A stretch of DNA of 64,000 nt from Acholeplasmataceae bacterium (GTDB lineage: Bacteria; Bacillota_I; Bacilli_A; Acholeplasmatales; Acholeplasmataceae), in NCBI GenBank assembly GCA_963667565.1, contig OY763415.1, positions 96,001-160,000 of the forward strand. The letters are read 5' to 3'. The notes beneath the pieces were generated by a model. That model made no database searches, had not been told where the DNA came from, and saw only the letters and a list, made by a program, of their open reading frames with translations. This document shows positions 20,215 to 34,380 of this stretch, one piece after another. A program made the position numbers and the translations under genes. Positions within the stretch are counted from its first letter, which is position 1; every line of letters begins with the position of its first letter.

Positions 20215-21279
20215 ATGTTTGATAGACTCGAATTGATAGAAAAAAGATATCAAGAAATACAAGACTTGCTTTCAACAGGTACTGTTGAAGTCAAAGAAAT
20301 GACAAAATTATTAAAAGAAGCAAGCTCAATTCAAAGCGCAGTTGAGACTTTTCGTCTATATAAAGAAAAAGATGCAGAGTTAAAAGATTTAAAAGATATG
20401 CTTGAACTTGAATCAGATGATGAGATGATCATGATGGCAGAATCAGAAATTGAGAAACTAGAAGAACTTTTAGAAAAGACAGAAGAAGAATTAAAAATCT
20501 TATTACTTCCAAAAGATCCAAATGATGAGAAAAATGTTATTGTTGAAATCAAAGGTGCTGCTGGTGGTGATGAAGGTAATTTGTTTGCTGGTGACTTATT
20601 TAGAATGTATTCCAAATATGCTGAAACGATGCGATGGAAAATTGAAGTCTTAAATATGATGGAAGGTGCCATGGGTGGATTTACATCGATTGAATTTATG
20701 GTGTCTGGTGATCATGTCTATTCACAATTGAAATATGAATCAGGGACTCATCGTGTGCAAAGAGTGCCTCAAACAGAGTCTCAAGGTCGTATTCATACAT
20801 CGACCGCGACTGTTTTAGTCATGGCAGAAGCTGAGGATATTGAAATCGACATCAGCTGGAATGATATTCGGTTTGACACATTTAACTCAAGTGGTCCAGG
20901 TGGGCAATCTGTTAATACCACTAAATCAGCAGTTAGATTAACACATTTACCTACAGGTATAGCAGTTGCATGTCAAGAAGGTAAATCACAACATGAAAAT
21001 AAAGATAAAGCGTTCACGTTATTGAAGACTAGAATTTATGATAAATTTTTACAAGAGCAATTAAGTAAAGAAGAAGCTGAACGTCAGTCTTTGGTTGGAC
21101 GTGGCGATCGTAGTGAAAAAATTAGAACTTACAATTATCCACAAAATCGTGTAACTGATCATAGAATCGGACTTACTATTCAAAGATTAGATGCGATTAT
21201 GGAAGGTAGATTAGAACTTATTTTAGATGACTTAATCAACGAATTCCAAAAGCGTCAATTATTAGGAGAAACCAAGTGA
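20215..21279 (+). CDS. prfA: Peptide chain release factor 1
   Basis: PQT anticodon motif and GGQ; adjacent to prmC. Confidence 0.97.
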   Translation: MFDRLELIEKRYQEIQDLLSTGTVEVKEMTKLLKEASSIQSAVETFRLYKEKDAELKDLKDMLELESDDEMIMMAESEIEKLEELLEKTEEELKILLLPKDPNDEKNVIVEIKGAAGGDEGNLFAGDLFRMYSKYAETMRWKIEVLNMMEGAMGGFTSIEFMVSGDHVYSQLKYESGTHRVQRVPQTESQGRIHTSTATVLVMAEAEDIEIDISWNDIRFDTFNSSGPGGQSVNTTKSAVRLTHLPTGIAVACQEGKSQHENKDKAFTLLKTRIYDKFLQEQLSKEEAERQSLVGRGDRSEKIRTYNYPQNRVTDHRIGLTIQRLDAIMEGRLELILDDLINEFQKRQLLGETK

Positions 21280-22130
21280 CATACGAAACTTTATTAAAGA
21301 AAGTTTCTCAAATAGCGATTGATCACAACAAAGAAGTTGAAGCGATTAAATTATTACTGATGGAGCTCTCAAATTTAGAAGCACATCAGTTTTATTTAAA
21401 TCTCAAAGAAGAAGTACCACAATCATTTGAAGAAACATTTATAGAAAAATCTATGCTTTATATCAAAGAAGACATGCCTGTTCAACATATTTTAGGCTAT
21501 GCTTTTTTCTATGGGTATCAATTCATAGTTTCAAATGATGTTTTAATTCCTAGAGTAGAGACTGAACAACTTGTTGAAAACACACTTTTCTATTATGATA
21601 AATATTTTGACGGAAAAAAACTTAGAGTGCTAGATCTTGGCACAGGTAGTGGATGTATAGGTTTAACTTTAGCTAAAGAAGAAAAAAATCTCGATGTGAC
21701 TATTTCAGATGTATCTGAAAAAGCACTTGCGATTGCGAATAAGAATGCTCAAAAACTAGATGTCAATGTTCATAGTATATTAAGTAGTTGGTTCGACAAG
21801 ATTGATGGTAAATTTGATATGATTATTTCTAATCCACCATACATTCCAAGTGATGAAGATGTTGAAGCCATTGTTAAAAAAGAACCAGAAGTAGCACTTT
21901 ATGGTGGTCAATCAGGCACAGATTTCTATGAGTTAATATTAAGAGAAATTAAGCCCTTCCTAAACGATCGAGCACTCATTGGTTTTGAACATGGATATCA
22001 ACAAAAGAAGCGCATTTATGATTATGCAAAAACCTATTTTAAAGATGCTAAAATCATTCAACTTAAGGATTTACAAGGAAAAGACAGAATGACTTTTATT
22101 GGATTAGGTGGTGTTTTAGATGATGAATAA
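21276..22130 (+). CDS. prmC: Release factor glutamine methyltransferase
   Basis: [20 protein letters not shown]. Confidence 0.96.
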   Translation: MTYETLLKKVSQIAIDHNKEVEAIKLLLMELSNLEAHQFYLNLKEEVPQSFEETFIEKSMLYIKEDMPVQHILGYAFFYGYQFIVSNDVLIPRVETEQLVENTLFYYDKYFDGKKLRVLDLGTGSGCIGLTLAKEEKNLDVTISDVSEKALAIANKNAQKLDVNVHSILSSWFDKIDGKFDMIISNPPYIPSDEDVEAIVKKEPEVALYGGQSGTDFYELILREIKPFLNDRALIGFEHGYQQKKRIYDYAKTYFKDAKIIQLKDLQGKDRMTFIGLGGVLDDE

Positions 22131-22671
22131 TGGGGATTTAATCGTCATGCCAACAGATACGGTTTATGGCCTTGCTGCAAGACTTTATGATGAAGAAGCA
22201 TTAAAGAAAATCTATGAAGTTAAAGGTAGAGAACAATCCAAACAAATTCCATTGTTGATTTCTAATCTTGACCAGATTAAAGATATTGCAGTCTTTGATG
22301 AACACGTCAAAAAAATCATGGATCGTTTTTGGCCAGGTGCTCTTACCATTGTCATGGAAACTACACCTCGGTTTAAACAAAAAACCGGTGAGGATACAAT
22401 AGCGATTAGAATGCCAAAACATCCAAAAGCTTTAGAACTCATTGAGTTAAATGGCATATTAAGAGTGACCAGTTTAAATAAAAGTGGCGAACCACCTCTT
22501 GATGATATTAATGACATAAAAAAACAATTTGGTTCATTTGTGTCTCATATCTATCCACATGGTGATGTTTTAAAATCCCATGTCTCATCAACAGTGATGC
22601 AATATAAAAAACATGAAATAAAAATTTTAAGAGAAGGTATGATTACTTTAGAAGATTTAATGCAAGTTTGA
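22120..22671 (+). CDS. tsaC: L-threonylcarbamoyladenylate synthase (YrdC domain only)
   Basis: PTDTVYGL, KGR, FWPGALT, SLNKSG. Confidence 0.93.
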   Translation: MMNNGDLIVMPTDTVYGLAARLYDEEALKKIYEVKGREQSKQIPLLISNLDQIKDIAVFDEHVKKIMDRFWPGALTIVMETTPRFKQKTGEDTIAIRMPKHPKALELIELNGILRVTSLNKSGEPPLDDINDIKKQFGSFVSHIYPHGDVLKSHVSSTVMQYKKHEIKILREGMITLEDLMQV

Positions 22672-22693
22672 TGAAAACTTGCATTTTATTTTT
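22659..22693 (+). terminator. Intrinsic terminator
   Basis: AATGCAAGTTT / AAACTTGCATT followed by a T run. Confidence 0.75.
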
Positions 22694-22790
22694 GTTTTAG
22701 TATACGTTATCATTTGTCTTTTATTCTTTTATAAAGAATATTTAATAAAAATGAGATATAATAGTAACGGTTATAATTAAGGAGACAAAC

Positions 22791-24611
22791 ATGGAAATTA
22801 GAAATATAGCAATTATCGCACACGTTGATCATGGAAAAACAACGCTTGTGAATCAATTATTAAAAGAAAGTGAAAAATTTGATGCTCACGTTGAATTAGG
22901 TGATCGTGTCTTAGATAGTAACGATATTGAAAGAGAACGTGGTATTACCATCTTAGCAAAAAACACAGCAATCATTTATAAAAACATTAGAATTAATATT
23001 CTAGATACACCAGGTCACGCTGACTTTGGTGGAGAAGTAGAAAGAATCATGCACATGGTTGATGGTGTTCTACTTTTAGTGGATGCTTATGAAGGCGTCA
23101 TGCCACAAACAAGATTTGTATTAAAAAAAGCTCTAGAAGCACATTTATTCCCAATTGTAGTGGTCAATAAAATTGATAGAGAATTTGCAGATATTAATAA
23201 AACAGTCAATGAAGTCTATGACTTGTTTATTGATTTAGGTGCAGATGATCATCAATTGGAATTTCCTGTATTATATGCATCCGGATTACATGGTTTATCA
23301 AGTTATGAACCTAAATTAAATCCTCATGTTAAAATGACACCTATTTTGGATACTATTATCGAAAGTCTTCCAAATCCAGAACAAGAAGTTGAAAAACCTT
23401 TCATTTTCCAACCGGCGTTAATTGACTACAATGACTATGTTGGACGTATGGGGATTGGTAAAATATATCAAGGTACAGTATCGATTAACGATATGGTTTC
23501 TTGTCTTAGAGCGGATGGTACTAAAGTTGATTTTAGAGTACAAAAGCTTTATCAATCCATTGGTATAGATAAAGTGGAAGTTAAATCTGCATCTGCAGGA
23601 GATATCGTATCGATTGCAGGGTTACCTGACATCCATGTTGGTGAAACGGTATGTGATCCTCTAAACGAGGAACGTTTACCTCTTTTACATGTTGATGAAC
23701 CAACAGTGCAAATGACATTTCTGACTAACAATTCTCCATTTGCTGGTAAAGAAGGTAAACATGTCACTGCATCTAAAATTGAGGAACGTTTAAATAAAGA
23801 ATTACAAAAAGATGTGAGTTTAAAAGTTGAAAGACTTGGAAAAAGCGAAGCATGGATTGTTTCTGGTCGTGGTGAACTTCACTTAGGCATCTTGATTGAA
23901 AATATGCGTAGAGAAGGTTTTGAATTTCAAGTGTCAAGACCAAGAGTCATTATTAAAGAAGTTAATGGTGTTAACTGTGAACCATATGAAGAAGTTCAAG
24001 TTGACCTACCAACTGATTATATGGGTCAAGTGATGGAAATGCTTGGAGAGCGCAGAGGTGATTTAGTCACGATGCATCAAGCAAAAGATTACTCAAGATT
24101 ACATTATGTGATGCCTTCAAGAGGCCTTATTGGATTTGTTACACAGTTTCTAACTGCAACTAAAGGATATGGTATTTTATCTCATATATTCTTAGACTAT
24201 AGACCGATGATTTCTGAATCAGTGGGAAATAGAAGAACAGGATCACTAGTATCTATGAACAACGGTATGACTACAGCATATGCGATTGGTAGACTAGAGG
24301 ATAGAGGAACCATGTTTATTGATCCTAGAACTGATGTTTATGAAGGTATGATTATTGGTGAATCGAATAAAGATACCGATATGGTTGTTAACGTGACTCA
24401 AGCAAAACAATTATCAAACATGAGATCTGCGGGTAAAGATTCAACGGTTGTTTTAAAGAAGCCTAGAGAAATGAACTTAGAAGCATGTTTAGCATTTATC
24501 AATGATGATGAACTTATTGAAATTACACCTAAAAATATCAGATTAAGAAAAACAATCTTAACTGCACTTGAAAGAAAAAAAGCAAACTATCAATCACAAC
24601 GTGATGAATAG
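22791..24611 (+). CDS. typA: Translational GTPase TypA/BipA
   Basis: RNIAIIAHVDHGKTT, GRGELHL, EITPKNIRLRK. Confidence 0.97.
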   Translation: MEIRNIAIIAHVDHGKTTLVNQLLKESEKFDAHVELGDRVLDSNDIERERGITILAKNTAIIYKNIRINILDTPGHADFGGEVERIMHMVDGVLLLVDAYEGVMPQTRFVLKKALEAHLFPIVVVNKIDREFADINKTVNEVYDLFIDLGADDHQLEFPVLYASGLHGLSSYEPKLNPHVKMTPILDTIIESLPNPEQEVEKPFIFQPALIDYNDYVGRMGIGKIYQGTVSINDMVSCLRADGTKVDFRVQKLYQSIGIDKVEVKSASAGDIVSIAGLPDIHVGETVCDPLNEERLPLLHVDEPTVQMTFLTNNSPFAGKEGKHVTASKIEERLNKELQKDVSLKVERLGKSEAWIVSGRGELHLGILIENMRREGFEFQVSRPRVIIKEVNGVNCEPYEEVQVDLPTDYMGQVMEMLGERRGDLVTMHQAKDYSRLHYVMPSRGLIGFVTQFLTATKGYGILSHIFLDYRPMISESVGNRRTGSLVSMNNGMTTAYAIGRLEDRGTMFIDPRTDVYEGMIIGESNKDTDMVVNVTQAKQLSNMRSAGKDSTVVLKKPREMNLEACLAFINDDELIEITPKNIRLRKTILTALERKKANYQSQRDE

Positions 24612-24689
24612 TTAAAAGAATTGACATATTTAACATAAAAATCTTTATATTATTATGTTATAATATAAAAAGATGAACAGGAGGGTATT

Positions 24690-25127
24690 ATGAAAATAGC
24701 AATCGCAAGTGATCATGCCGGATTTGAACTTAAAGAATTGGTTAAAACACATTTAATAAGTGAAGGTGATGAGGTTACAGATTTAGGGACTTATTCTCTA
24801 GATTCAGTAGATTATCCAGATTATGGAAAAAAACTTGGGGAAGCAGTTGTCAAAGACCCTTTTGATTTTGGTATCGCTATTTGTGGTACAGGCATTGGCA
24901 TTAGTATTGCAGCAAATAAAGTTGACGGTGTGAGAGCCGCTTTAGTTTATGATGTTAATACTGCTGAACTTGCTAAAAAACATAACAACGCAAACGTCAT
25001 CGCCTTTGGTGGAAGAACAACACTTAAAGAAGATGCATTTGATATGGTTGATGTATTTAAAAAAACGAGTTTTGAAGAAAGACATCAAAAACGATTAGAT
25101 AAAATTAAAGAAATCGAGGAATCTTGA
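24690..25127 (+). CDS. rpiB: Ribose-5-phosphate isomerase B
   Basis: SDHAG, CGTGIG, HNNAN. Confidence 0.96.
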   Translation: MKIAIASDHAGFELKELVKTHLISEGDEVTDLGTYSLDSVDYPDYGKKLGEAVVKDPFDFGIAICGTGIGISIAANKVDGVRAALVYDVNTAELAKKHNNANVIAFGGRTTLKEDAFDMVDVFKKTSFEERHQKRLDKIKEIEES

Positions 25128-25128
25128 A

Positions 25129-25755
25129 ATGAGTAAATTGTTGGTTTTAAAACACCCTTTAATTGATCATAAGATGGCAAAGATTAGAGATAAGAACACT
25201 GGAACAAAAGAGTTTAGAGAAAGCGTCTCTGAAGTTGGTGGACTTATCACTTATGAAATCACAAGAGATCTTGAAACCGTTCCTAAAACAATCACAACAC
25301 CTATTTGTGAAACTACAGTTTATGAACTTAAAAAACAAGTGGTGATTGTGCCTATTTTAAGAGCTGGTTTGGGTATGGTAGAAGGAATTCATAATTTAAT
25401 TCCAACGGCTAAAATTGGTCATGTCGGATTATATCGTGATGAAGAAACTTTAGAACCACAAGTTTATTACAAGAAATTTCCTGAAGGTATAAAAGATAGT
25501 GTTGTTTTAGTCGTTGATCCGATGCTTGCAACTGCAGGATCAGCATCAAAAGCAATTAGTATCGTAAAAGAGACAGGTGCATCCGACATCAGATATGTAG
25601 GTTTAGTAGGTTGTCCTGAAGGCGTCGAAAGATTACAAAAAGATCATCCAGATGTTGCCATTTATCTTGCTGCATTAGATTCTCATCTTAATGAAGTGGG
25701 TTATATCGTACCAGGATTGGGAGATTGTGGGGATCGTTTATTTGGAACCAAATAA
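25129..25755 (+). CDS. upp: Uracil phosphoribosyltransferase
   Basis: [23 protein letters not shown]. Confidence 0.97.
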   Translation: MSKLLVLKHPLIDHKMAKIRDKNTGTKEFRESVSEVGGLITYEITRDLETVPKTITTPICETTVYELKKQVVIVPILRAGLGMVEGIHNLIPTAKIGHVGLYRDEETLEPQVYYKKFPEGIKDSVVLVVDPMLATAGSASKAISIVKETGASDIRYVGLVGCPEGVERLQKDHPDVAIYLAALDSHLNEVGYIVPGLGDCGDRLFGTK

Positions 25756-25999
25756 AAAAACAGATTACAAAAAAGTAAGAAAAACACTTTTTGCTTATAC
25801 TATGATTTTTCAAATGGTATTCACCATTGTAGGTCTCGCATTTATAGGTTATTTCATTGGTGATTATTTTTATCCAGAAACAGATATCAATTTGATTTTA
25901 ACTGGTGTGGGTACAATATTAGGTATGGTTTTAAGTGTGATGTCATTTATTCAATTTCTTAAAAGGGAGGAAATCTATGAAAAACATCGTCATCATTAA
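25742..25999 (+). CDS. AtpZ/AtpQ-like two-TM protein
   Basis: Two TM helices with a GYFIGDY motif; first gene of the atp operon. A TTG start at 25742 is assumed. Confidence 0.7.
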   Translation: MEPNKKTDYKKVRKTLFAYTMIFQMVFTIVGLAFIGYFIGDYFYPETDINLILTGVGTILGMVLSVMSFIQFLKREEIYEKHRHH

Positions 26000-26393
26000 T
26001 TGGATTGGTATTTTATATAGTATCGTTGTTTCAGTCGTGACACTGATATTTTTCAATGATTACACTTCTTGGGTTGTTTTAGGAGCTGTGACTGCATTAT
26101 TTAATCACAGTTTATTAATTCGTTTTACAAAGACTCAAATTATTAAAGAAGTTGTCTATTTACTCATTGTTTTCAAATTTGTTATTTATTTAATTGTGTT
26201 AGGTTTTATGTTCTTCTTGTTAAGAGAAGATTCAGATATTTTAATGAAGAGTTATATTTTCTTCTTAGTTGGTGCAATCAATATTAAATTTGGTATTATG
26301 TTCTTCCATTTACCATTTAAGAAATTTAAATCACTAAGAGAAGAAGAAAAGAAACTTAAGGAAGGTGAAGATCTTGATACAGACATTTCTTGA
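25977..26393 (+). CDS. atpI: ATP synthase protein I
   Basis: Four TM helices, directly upstream of atpB. Confidence 0.75.
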   Translation: MKNIVIINWIGILYSIVVSVVTLIFFNDYTSWVVLGAVTALFNHSLLIRFTKTQIIKEVVYLLIVFKFVIYLIVLGFMFFLLREDSDILMKSYIFFLVGAINIKFGIMFFHLPFKKFKSLREEEKKLKEGEDLDTDIS

Positions 26394-27066
26394 TGATCTG
26401 CTAAGTGTCTTAAAGAACCCACCAGGATATTTTGTTACCTCAGTCATTATCATGAGTGCGATCATCTTGTTCTCAATTATCGTTGGTACAAAAGTAAGCA
26501 AAATGAATCCAAAAGATAAACCAGGAAAAGGATTGTCTTTAGTCATTAGTGCGATTGGTGGATTTAACAATTTAGTTAAAGAAGTCATTGGAAAACACTG
26601 GAGAGTCATTACTCCAATTGTATTATCGCTTGCGATGTATATTTTTATTTCCAATATTTCTGGGGTTACAGGTATTACAACAACACCTACTAAATTTAGT
26701 GCAATTACATTTAGTTTATCAATCATTGCAGTAACAACCATTCAAATGATGGGATTTATCTCAAAAGGATGGGCACACATCAAAAGTATTTTTGAACCCG
26801 TACCATTCATTGCACCACTTAATATCATTGGTGAAATCACACCACTGATCTCATTAGCATTACGTCTATTTGGGAATATTGCAAGTGGATCACTCATCAT
26901 GTTCTTAATTTACAAACTTTCTGGATGGGCATCGCTACTTATTGCACCAGCATTCCATTTAGTGTTTGATATTGGCTTTGGACTCATCCAAACCATCGTA
27001 TTTGTATTGTTAACACTCATTTTATCATCAACTAAAATTGATGAAAATGATTTAGATTATGTATAA
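26365..27066 (+). CDS. atpB: ATP synthase Fo subunit a
   Basis: ISLALRLFGNI and GLIQ motifs. Confidence 0.95.
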   Translation: MKILIQTFLDDLLSVLKNPPGYFVTSVIIMSAIILFSIIVGTKVSKMNPKDKPGKGLSLVISAIGGFNNLVKEVIGKHWRVITPIVLSLAMYIFISNISGVTGITTTPTKFSAITFSLSIIAVTTIQMMGFISKGWAHIKSIFEPVPFIAPLNIIGEITPLISLALRLFGNIASGSLIMFLIYKLSGWASLLIAPAFHLVFDIGFGLIQTIVFVLLTLILSSTKIDENDLDYV

Positions 27067-27084
27067 AAAAAGGAGAAAATAAAA

Positions 27085-27372
27085 ATGTTAATTGATTTAT
27101 TTAATCACGTATTATCAGTATTTCCAAATGTTTTAGAACTTACTGGTGACTTAAGTTCAGGTTTAGCTTATTTAGGTGCTGGGATTGCCGTATTAACTGG
27201 TTTTGGTTCTGGTATCGGTCAAGGGATTGCTGCTGGTAGAGCTGCAGAAGCTGTTGGTAGACAACCAGAAGCACAAGGTAAAATCCAAATGACAATGATC
27301 ATTGGTCAAGGGATTGCTGAATCAACAGGTATTTACGGATTTATTATTGCGTTTATCTTATTATCAAAATAA
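27085..27372 (+). CDS. atpE: ATP synthase Fo subunit c (Na+-type signature)
   Basis: GIGQG, RQPE, AESTGIY. Confidence 0.97.
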   Translation: MLIDLFNHVLSVFPNVLELTGDLSSGLAYLGAGIAVLTGFGSGIGQGIAAGRAAEAVGRQPEAQGKIQMTMIIGQGIAESTGIYGFIIAFILLSK

Positions 27373-27391
27373 AAAAAAGGGATTGATTTAA

Positions 27392-27940
27392 GTGTTAAAA
27401 GATATTTTTGAAGAAGCTTCACAGGCAATTCAAGACGGCTTAAATTCTATCGTATTGCACCCCTCTGTCGTTTTACTTAACGTCATAGTCTTTTTGATTA
27501 TGCTGTTTTTTGTAAAACATTTTTTATGGGGTAAAATCACGCTTTTTCTTGAACAAAGACAACAAGCACTCACTGAAGAATTTGATAAAGCAAGCGAAGA
27601 ACGTCAAAATGCGCAAGCATTAGAACAAAAAGCAATTAGTGAATATGAAAGAATGAAAGCTGAAACAGATAGCTTAAAATCTAAATTAACACAAGATGCT
27701 TATAAGCAACAAGAAAAACTGATTGAAGAAGCTAAAAAAGAAGCAAAACATCGTATTGAACAAGCAGATAAAGATATTGAATATGAAATTCAAAGAGCAA
27801 ATGAAGATATTAGACAATCTATTAAAGAGATTGCTTTTGCAGCTGCAGAAAAAATTGTTAAAAGAGAAATCAATCAAGACGAACATAATGATATCATTGA
27901 TGAACTCATCGAAGAAAGAGATGATTTAAAGCATGAATAG
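27392..27940 (+). CDS. atpF: ATP synthase Fo subunit b
   Basis: TM anchor plus charged coiled coil; operon position. Confidence 0.92.
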   Translation: MLKDIFEEASQAIQDGLNSIVLHPSVVLLNVIVFLIMLFFVKHFLWGKITLFLEQRQQALTEEFDKASEERQNAQALEQKAISEYERMKAETDSLKSKLTQDAYKQQEKLIEEAKKEAKHRIEQADKDIEYEIQRANEDIRQSIKEIAFAAAEKIVKREINQDEHNDIIDELIEERDDLKHE

Positions 27941-28439
27941 TTATGCAAAAGCGTTAATGGAAATTGCAATTGCAAACAACACCTTAGATCAAATCAGTTA
28001 TGAATTTGATGAATTAAACGAAGCTGTCTTTAGTAACAGAAAATGGTTAGATGTCATGAATTCACCGATGTTAGATGATGAACAAAAAATCAAAAACATC
28101 GATCAATTAGATTTAAACAAACATCTTGCGACCATGTTAAAAATGCTAGCAACTTCTAAACAAATGGATCTTTATGATCACATATATCCTGAATGGGTAA
28201 GAATGATTCGTGAAAAAAACAATGTAGCACATATTAATGTCTATACTGTAAAAGAACTCACAAAAGAACAAATTGAAGCACTTTCTAAAAAACTTCAACC
28301 AAGATTTAAAAATCAAACGATAGAAATACATGTCAAAGTTAGAGATAATTTAATAGGCGGTATAAGAATGGTCCATGAAGGACAATCACTTGACCATTCC
28401 ATTGCACGTGAACTAGAAGAATTATTCATGACATTATAA
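27933..28439 (+). CDS. atpH: ATP synthase F1 delta
   Basis: YAKAL and LIGG motifs; operon position. Confidence 0.92.
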   Translation: MNSYAKALMEIAIANNTLDQISYEFDELNEAVFSNRKWLDVMNSPMLDDEQKIKNIDQLDLNKHLATMLKMLATSKQMDLYDHIYPEWVRMIREKNNVAHINVYTVKELTKEQIEALSKKLQPRFKNQTIEIHVKVRDNLIGGIRMVHEGQSLDHSIARELEELFMTL

Positions 28440-28451
28440 GGTGGTGAGAAA

Positions 28452-29960
28452 ATGGCTAAACTCAAAGTTAAAGAAATGACAGAAGTCATTAAACAACAAA
28501 TAGAATCATTTGAAAAAGATGTTAAATTAGAAAATATAGGTAGAGTCCTTTCAGTTGGTGATGGGATTGCAATCGTATATGGTATTGGACAAGCAATGAT
28601 GGGTGAGTTGCTTGATTTTCCTCATGGTGTTAAAGGTTTAGTATTTAACCTTGAAGAAGATCAAGTAGGGGTTATCTTACTTGGAAAAACAGATTTAATT
28701 AAAGAAGGCGACATGGTAAAAACAACCAAAAGAATTTTCGAAGTTCCAGTTGGTGATGCATTACTAGGACGTGTCGTTAACCCACTAGGTGAACCACTTG
28801 ATGGTTTAGGACCTATTGATACAAAAGATTTTCTACCGGTAGAAAGAAAAGCTAGAGGCGTTATGGCTCGTGGTGGTATTAATCAATCTATGGAAACAGG
28901 GATTAAAGTCATTGATGCTTTAGTGCCCATTGGTAGAGGACAAAGAGAATTAATCATTGGTGATAGACAAACAGGAAAAACTACTTTAGCGATTGATGCG
29001 ATTATTAATCAAAAAGGTAAAGATGTTTTATGCGTCTATGTTGCCATTGGACAAAAAGACTCAAGTGTATCCGCACTTGTTAAATTATTAAGCCAAAAAG
29101 GTGCACTTGATTATACAATCGTTGTCAATGCTGGTGCATCAAAAGAAGGTACATTATTATACCTTGCACCATTTGCTGGTGTTACAATGGCTGAATACTT
29201 CATGGAACAAGGTAAAGATGTTTTGGTCGTTTATGATGATTTATCAAAACATGCTGTTGCATACCGTGAATTATCATTATTGTTAAGAAGACCTCCAGGA
29301 AGAGAAGCATATCCAGGGGATGTTTTCTACTTACACTCAAGATTATTAGAACGTGCTGCTAAGTTAAATAAAGCACTTGGTGGTGGGTCAATTACTGCAC
29401 TTCCAATTATTGAAACAAAAGCAGGCGATATTTCTGCATATATTCCAACCAATGTTATTTCAATTACAGATGGTCAAATTTTCCTAGAAGCTGAATTATT
29501 TTATTCAGGTGTAAGACCAGCGATTAATGCTGGTTTATCCGTATCACGTGTTGGTGGTGCCGCTCAATGGAAAGGTATGAAAAAAGTTGCAGGTACATTA
29601 CGTATTAACCTTGCAAACTATAGAGAACTTGAATCATTTGCACAATTTGGTTCAGATTTAGACCAAAGCGCGAAACGTCGTTTGGAACGTGGACGTAAGA
29701 CTGTTGAGATTTTAAAACAAGATGTTCATGAACTTATTGAAATGCCAACTCAAATTGTAACGATTTATGCACTTTCAACAGGTTTAATGGATGATCTTAA
29801 TTTAGAACAAGTCGTTCAACTACAAGCTGAAATTACTCAAGGTCTACATATGAATGATTTAGGTAAGAAACTATATCAAACATTAATTGAAACAAAAGCT
29901 TTACCTGATAGTAAAGACTTAGATACATTTATTAAATCGTTGAAGAAGGTTTTAAGATGA
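28452..29960 (+). CDS. atpA: ATP synthase F1 alpha
   Basis: [23 protein letters not shown]. Confidence 0.99.
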   Translation: MAKLKVKEMTEVIKQQIESFEKDVKLENIGRVLSVGDGIAIVYGIGQAMMGELLDFPHGVKGLVFNLEEDQVGVILLGKTDLIKEGDMVKTTKRIFEVPVGDALLGRVVNPLGEPLDGLGPIDTKDFLPVERKARGVMARGGINQSMETGIKVIDALVPIGRGQRELIIGDRQTGKTTLAIDAIINQKGKDVLCVYVAIGQKDSSVSALVKLLSQKGALDYTIVVNAGASKEGTLLYLAPFAGVTMAEYFMEQGKDVLVVYDDLSKHAVAYRELSLLLRRPPGREAYPGDVFYLHSRLLERAAKLNKALGGGSITALPIIETKAGDISAYIPTNVISITDGQIFLEAELFYSGVRPAINAGLSVSRVGGAAQWKGMKKVAGTLRINLANYRELESFAQFGSDLDQSAKRRLERGRKTVEILKQDVHELIEMPTQIVTIYALSTGLMDDLNLEQVVQLQAEITQGLHMNDLGKKLYQTLIETKALPDSKDLDTFIKSLKKVLR

Positions 29961-30796
29961 GTTTAAAAGATATTAAACTTAGAATGGATGCCATTAAAAA
30001 AACAGCAACGATTACACAAGCTATGCATAATATTGCATTATCTAAAATTAGAAAATCGACTGATTTATCTGATCACACAATAAATTTTTCTAATAAACTT
30101 TTAGATATCTTAAAATATGCAAATGAAAATACTGATGGTATTTCTAGATATTGTGAACCTATAAAAAATCCAAATAAATTATATATTTTAGTCACTGCTG
30201 ATCGTGGATTATGCGGAAGCTACCATAATCAATTATTTAAATTGTTTTTAGCAGATACTAAAGATATGCCTAAGTCAAATTATCAAGTATTAACCATTGG
30301 TAAAAAGGGATTTTATTTTGCACAAAAAAATGGCCTACCAATGATCAATGATGAAGTGGTTTACCATAGAGATGATTTAGTAACCATGTCTATGAGATCA
30401 TATGCGGATATTATTAAAAAAGCATATGAAGAAGGTTATGTGGATGAAGTACTTATCTACCATAATCACTATGTAAACACTGCGTCGCAACAAGTGGTTA
30501 AAAAATCAATCTTACCACTTGTCTTTGATGAAGAAAAAATACATTCACAATTCATCTATGATGCAGCACCTGAAGTGGTGATGGATCGTACAGTTAGAAT
30601 TTATGTTGAAGCAAAAATGATAGAAGCACTAGCAGATGCGAAATTAAGTGAACATGCGAGTCGTATGGTTGCAATGAAAAATGCAACTGATAATGCAAAT
30701 CAAATCGTTGATCGTCTGCATATGCAATATCATAGAGCACGTCAACAAGAAATCACAAGTGAACTCATTGACGTTGTCAATGGTTCAAACGTTTAG
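29957..30796 (+). CDS. atpG: ATP synthase F1 gamma
   Basis: DRGLCG, SRMVAM, ARQQEIT. Confidence 0.97.
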   Translation: MSLKDIKLRMDAIKKTATITQAMHNIALSKIRKSTDLSDHTINFSNKLLDILKYANENTDGISRYCEPIKNPNKLYILVTADRGLCGSYHNQLFKLFLADTKDMPKSNYQVLTIGKKGFYFAQKNGLPMINDEVVYHRDDLVTMSMRSYADIIKKAYEEGYVDEVLIYHNHYVNTASQQVVKKSILPLVFDEEKIHSQFIYDAAPEVVMDRTVRIYVEAKMIEALADAKLSEHASRMVAMKNATDNANQIVDRLHMQYHRARQQEITSELIDVVNGSNV

Positions 30797-32583
<1,787 letters not shown>

Positions 32584-32598
32584 TTAGGTAGTGATGGT

Positions 32599-32811
32599 AT
32601 GGATCAAATTATTTATGTTATTTCAATCGTGATTTTCTTTGTGATTGCTTTAAGAATTCTTAGAGCATTACATATTGAAAATAAATTTGAAAAATTTCAA
32701 ATTTGGGAAATAAAAGCTGGTTATTTTTTACTTGCACTTATCATTGCGCATAATTTAGCTGAAATTATGGTGAGATTTTCACAACTATTTGCAGAGTATT
32801 TATTGGCATAG
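32599..32811 (+). CDS. DUF1146/YwzB-like small membrane protein
   Basis: 70 aa, two TM helices, in the usual position after atpC. Confidence 0.7.
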   Translation: MDQIIYVISIVIFFVIALRILRALHIENKFEKFQIWEIKAGYFLLALIIAHNLAEIMVRFSQLFAEYLLA

Positions 32812-32833
32812 TCATTTGACTATGCTTTTTTTT
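32806..32833 (+). terminator. atp operon terminator
   Basis: GCATAGTCA-TT-TGACTATGC followed by T8. Confidence 0.85.
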
Positions 32834-32845
32834 GGAGAGAAATAT

Positions 32846-34372
32846 ATGAAAAAAACCGCGTTATGGCTGGTTCTTTGTTTGCTGTCTTTTTATTTGGTCA
32901 GTTGTGACTTAGGGACATATGATGAAGAGATAGAAACCATTGAAGCTGAAATTAAATCCATTATACCAGAGGCAATCAATAGCGATTATATTTTGCCTGT
33001 TTTTGAGAACTATCAAATTAATTGGAAAATTGATAATCAAATCTATGAAGATACGTATGTATATCAATCCCCTAAAATGGATGAAGACATGGTTTTTAAT
33101 GTGACGATTAAAAGAGGATTCTCATCAAAAACATTTGAAGTTACATCAAAACGTTTATCACTAACATTGGCTAATTATAAAACAAGTTTGTACATCAGTA
33201 TGGATGATTCTATTTCAAATATAAATTTAGACACATATATGAATATGAGTGTCGATGTGATCAGTGAGTTAAATGGTAGTGATCAATTCATTTTAAACAA
33301 CGAATCTGGACGAATTAGAGGTCGTGGAAACTCTACTTGGTATAGTTATCCTAAAAAACCATACAAACTTAAATTTGATGAACGCGTCTCGATTTTAGGT
33401 ATGCCTCATGCTAAGACATATGTTTTACTTGCGGAATATGCGGATCCTTCACTGATGAGAAATGTCATTACTCATGAATTATCGACTTACTTTAATTTAC
33501 GACATACATTAGAAACAAGATATGTTGATTTATATATTAATAATCAATATTTAGGTGTTTATGTGTTAACTGAACAAGTAGAAGTAGATAAAAATAAACT
33601 TGATTTAACGATAGATGCAGATATTAATGATTTAAGTTTCTTTCTTGAACTTGATATGAGATATGTAGATTATCCATCAGTTAACCCTAATGCGTGGATC
33701 AGTATGAATCAAACATTTTACGAAATCAAAGATTTGGATCCTGAGGATTTAACTTATACATTAGAGTATAGAAATCATATCCAGTCATATTTATACGATG
33801 CATATAACCACTTAATCAGTAATGATTATACTGAATATATTGACATGGATGCATGGATTGATTATATGATTGTTCAAGAAATCACTAAAAATGTTGATAA
33901 TTGGTATAGCAGTGTCTATTTATTTAAAGACAAAGGCGGACGATTAACATTTGGTCCTTTATGGGATTTTGATTTCGCATATGGAAATGTGAATTACATT
34001 GAACATACCCCCATTGATTTTTATGGGCTTAGAAGTGATAAAAATATTTGGTTTCATGAGATGATGCAAATCCCAGAGGTTAGAGAAAAATTTAAAGAAC
34101 GTTATATGGATTTTTATAATCAATACAAAGATCAATTTCTATTATTTATTAATCGTCTTTATATGTCATTAATCGACGAAAGCGCAAGAGACGATGCAAC
34201 ATGGGATAGACTGGGTTTAAATGTATGGCCAAACCCTGAAGAAATGGTTGATGCATATACTTTTCAAATGCAATATAATTATTTATATCAGTTTGCAGGA
34301 ACTCGTTTGAATTGGCTTTATAATGCGATGCAAACCGATGAATATGACTTAGGTTTATTTGATCAAATATAA
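32846..34372 (+). CDS. CotH kinase family lipoprotein
   Basis: Lipobox LVS-C; RGRGNSTW, KKPYKLKF, GPLWDFD. Confidence 0.88.
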   Translation: MKKTALWLVLCLLSFYLVSCDLGTYDEEIETIEAEIKSIIPEAINSDYILPVFENYQINWKIDNQIYEDTYVYQSPKMDEDMVFNVTIKRGFSSKTFEVTSKRLSLTLANYKTSLYISMDDSISNINLDTYMNMSVDVISELNGSDQFILNNESGRIRGRGNSTWYSYPKKPYKLKFDERVSILGMPHAKTYVLLAEYADPSLMRNVITHELSTYFNLRHTLETRYVDLYINNQYLGVYVLTEQVEVDKNKLDLTIDADINDLSFFLELDMRYVDYPSVNPNAWISMNQTFYEIKDLDPEDLTYTLEYRNHIQSYLYDAYNHLISNDYTEYIDMDAWIDYMIVQEITKNVDNWYSSVYLFKDKGGRLTFGPLWDFDFAYGNVNYIEHTPIDFYGLRSDKNIWFHEMMQIPEVREKFKERYMDFYNQYKDQFLLFINRLYMSLIDESARDDATWDRLGLNVWPNPEEMVDAYTFQMQYNYLYQFAGTRLNWLYNAMQTDEYDLGLFDQI

Positions 34373-34380
34373 AAATATAC

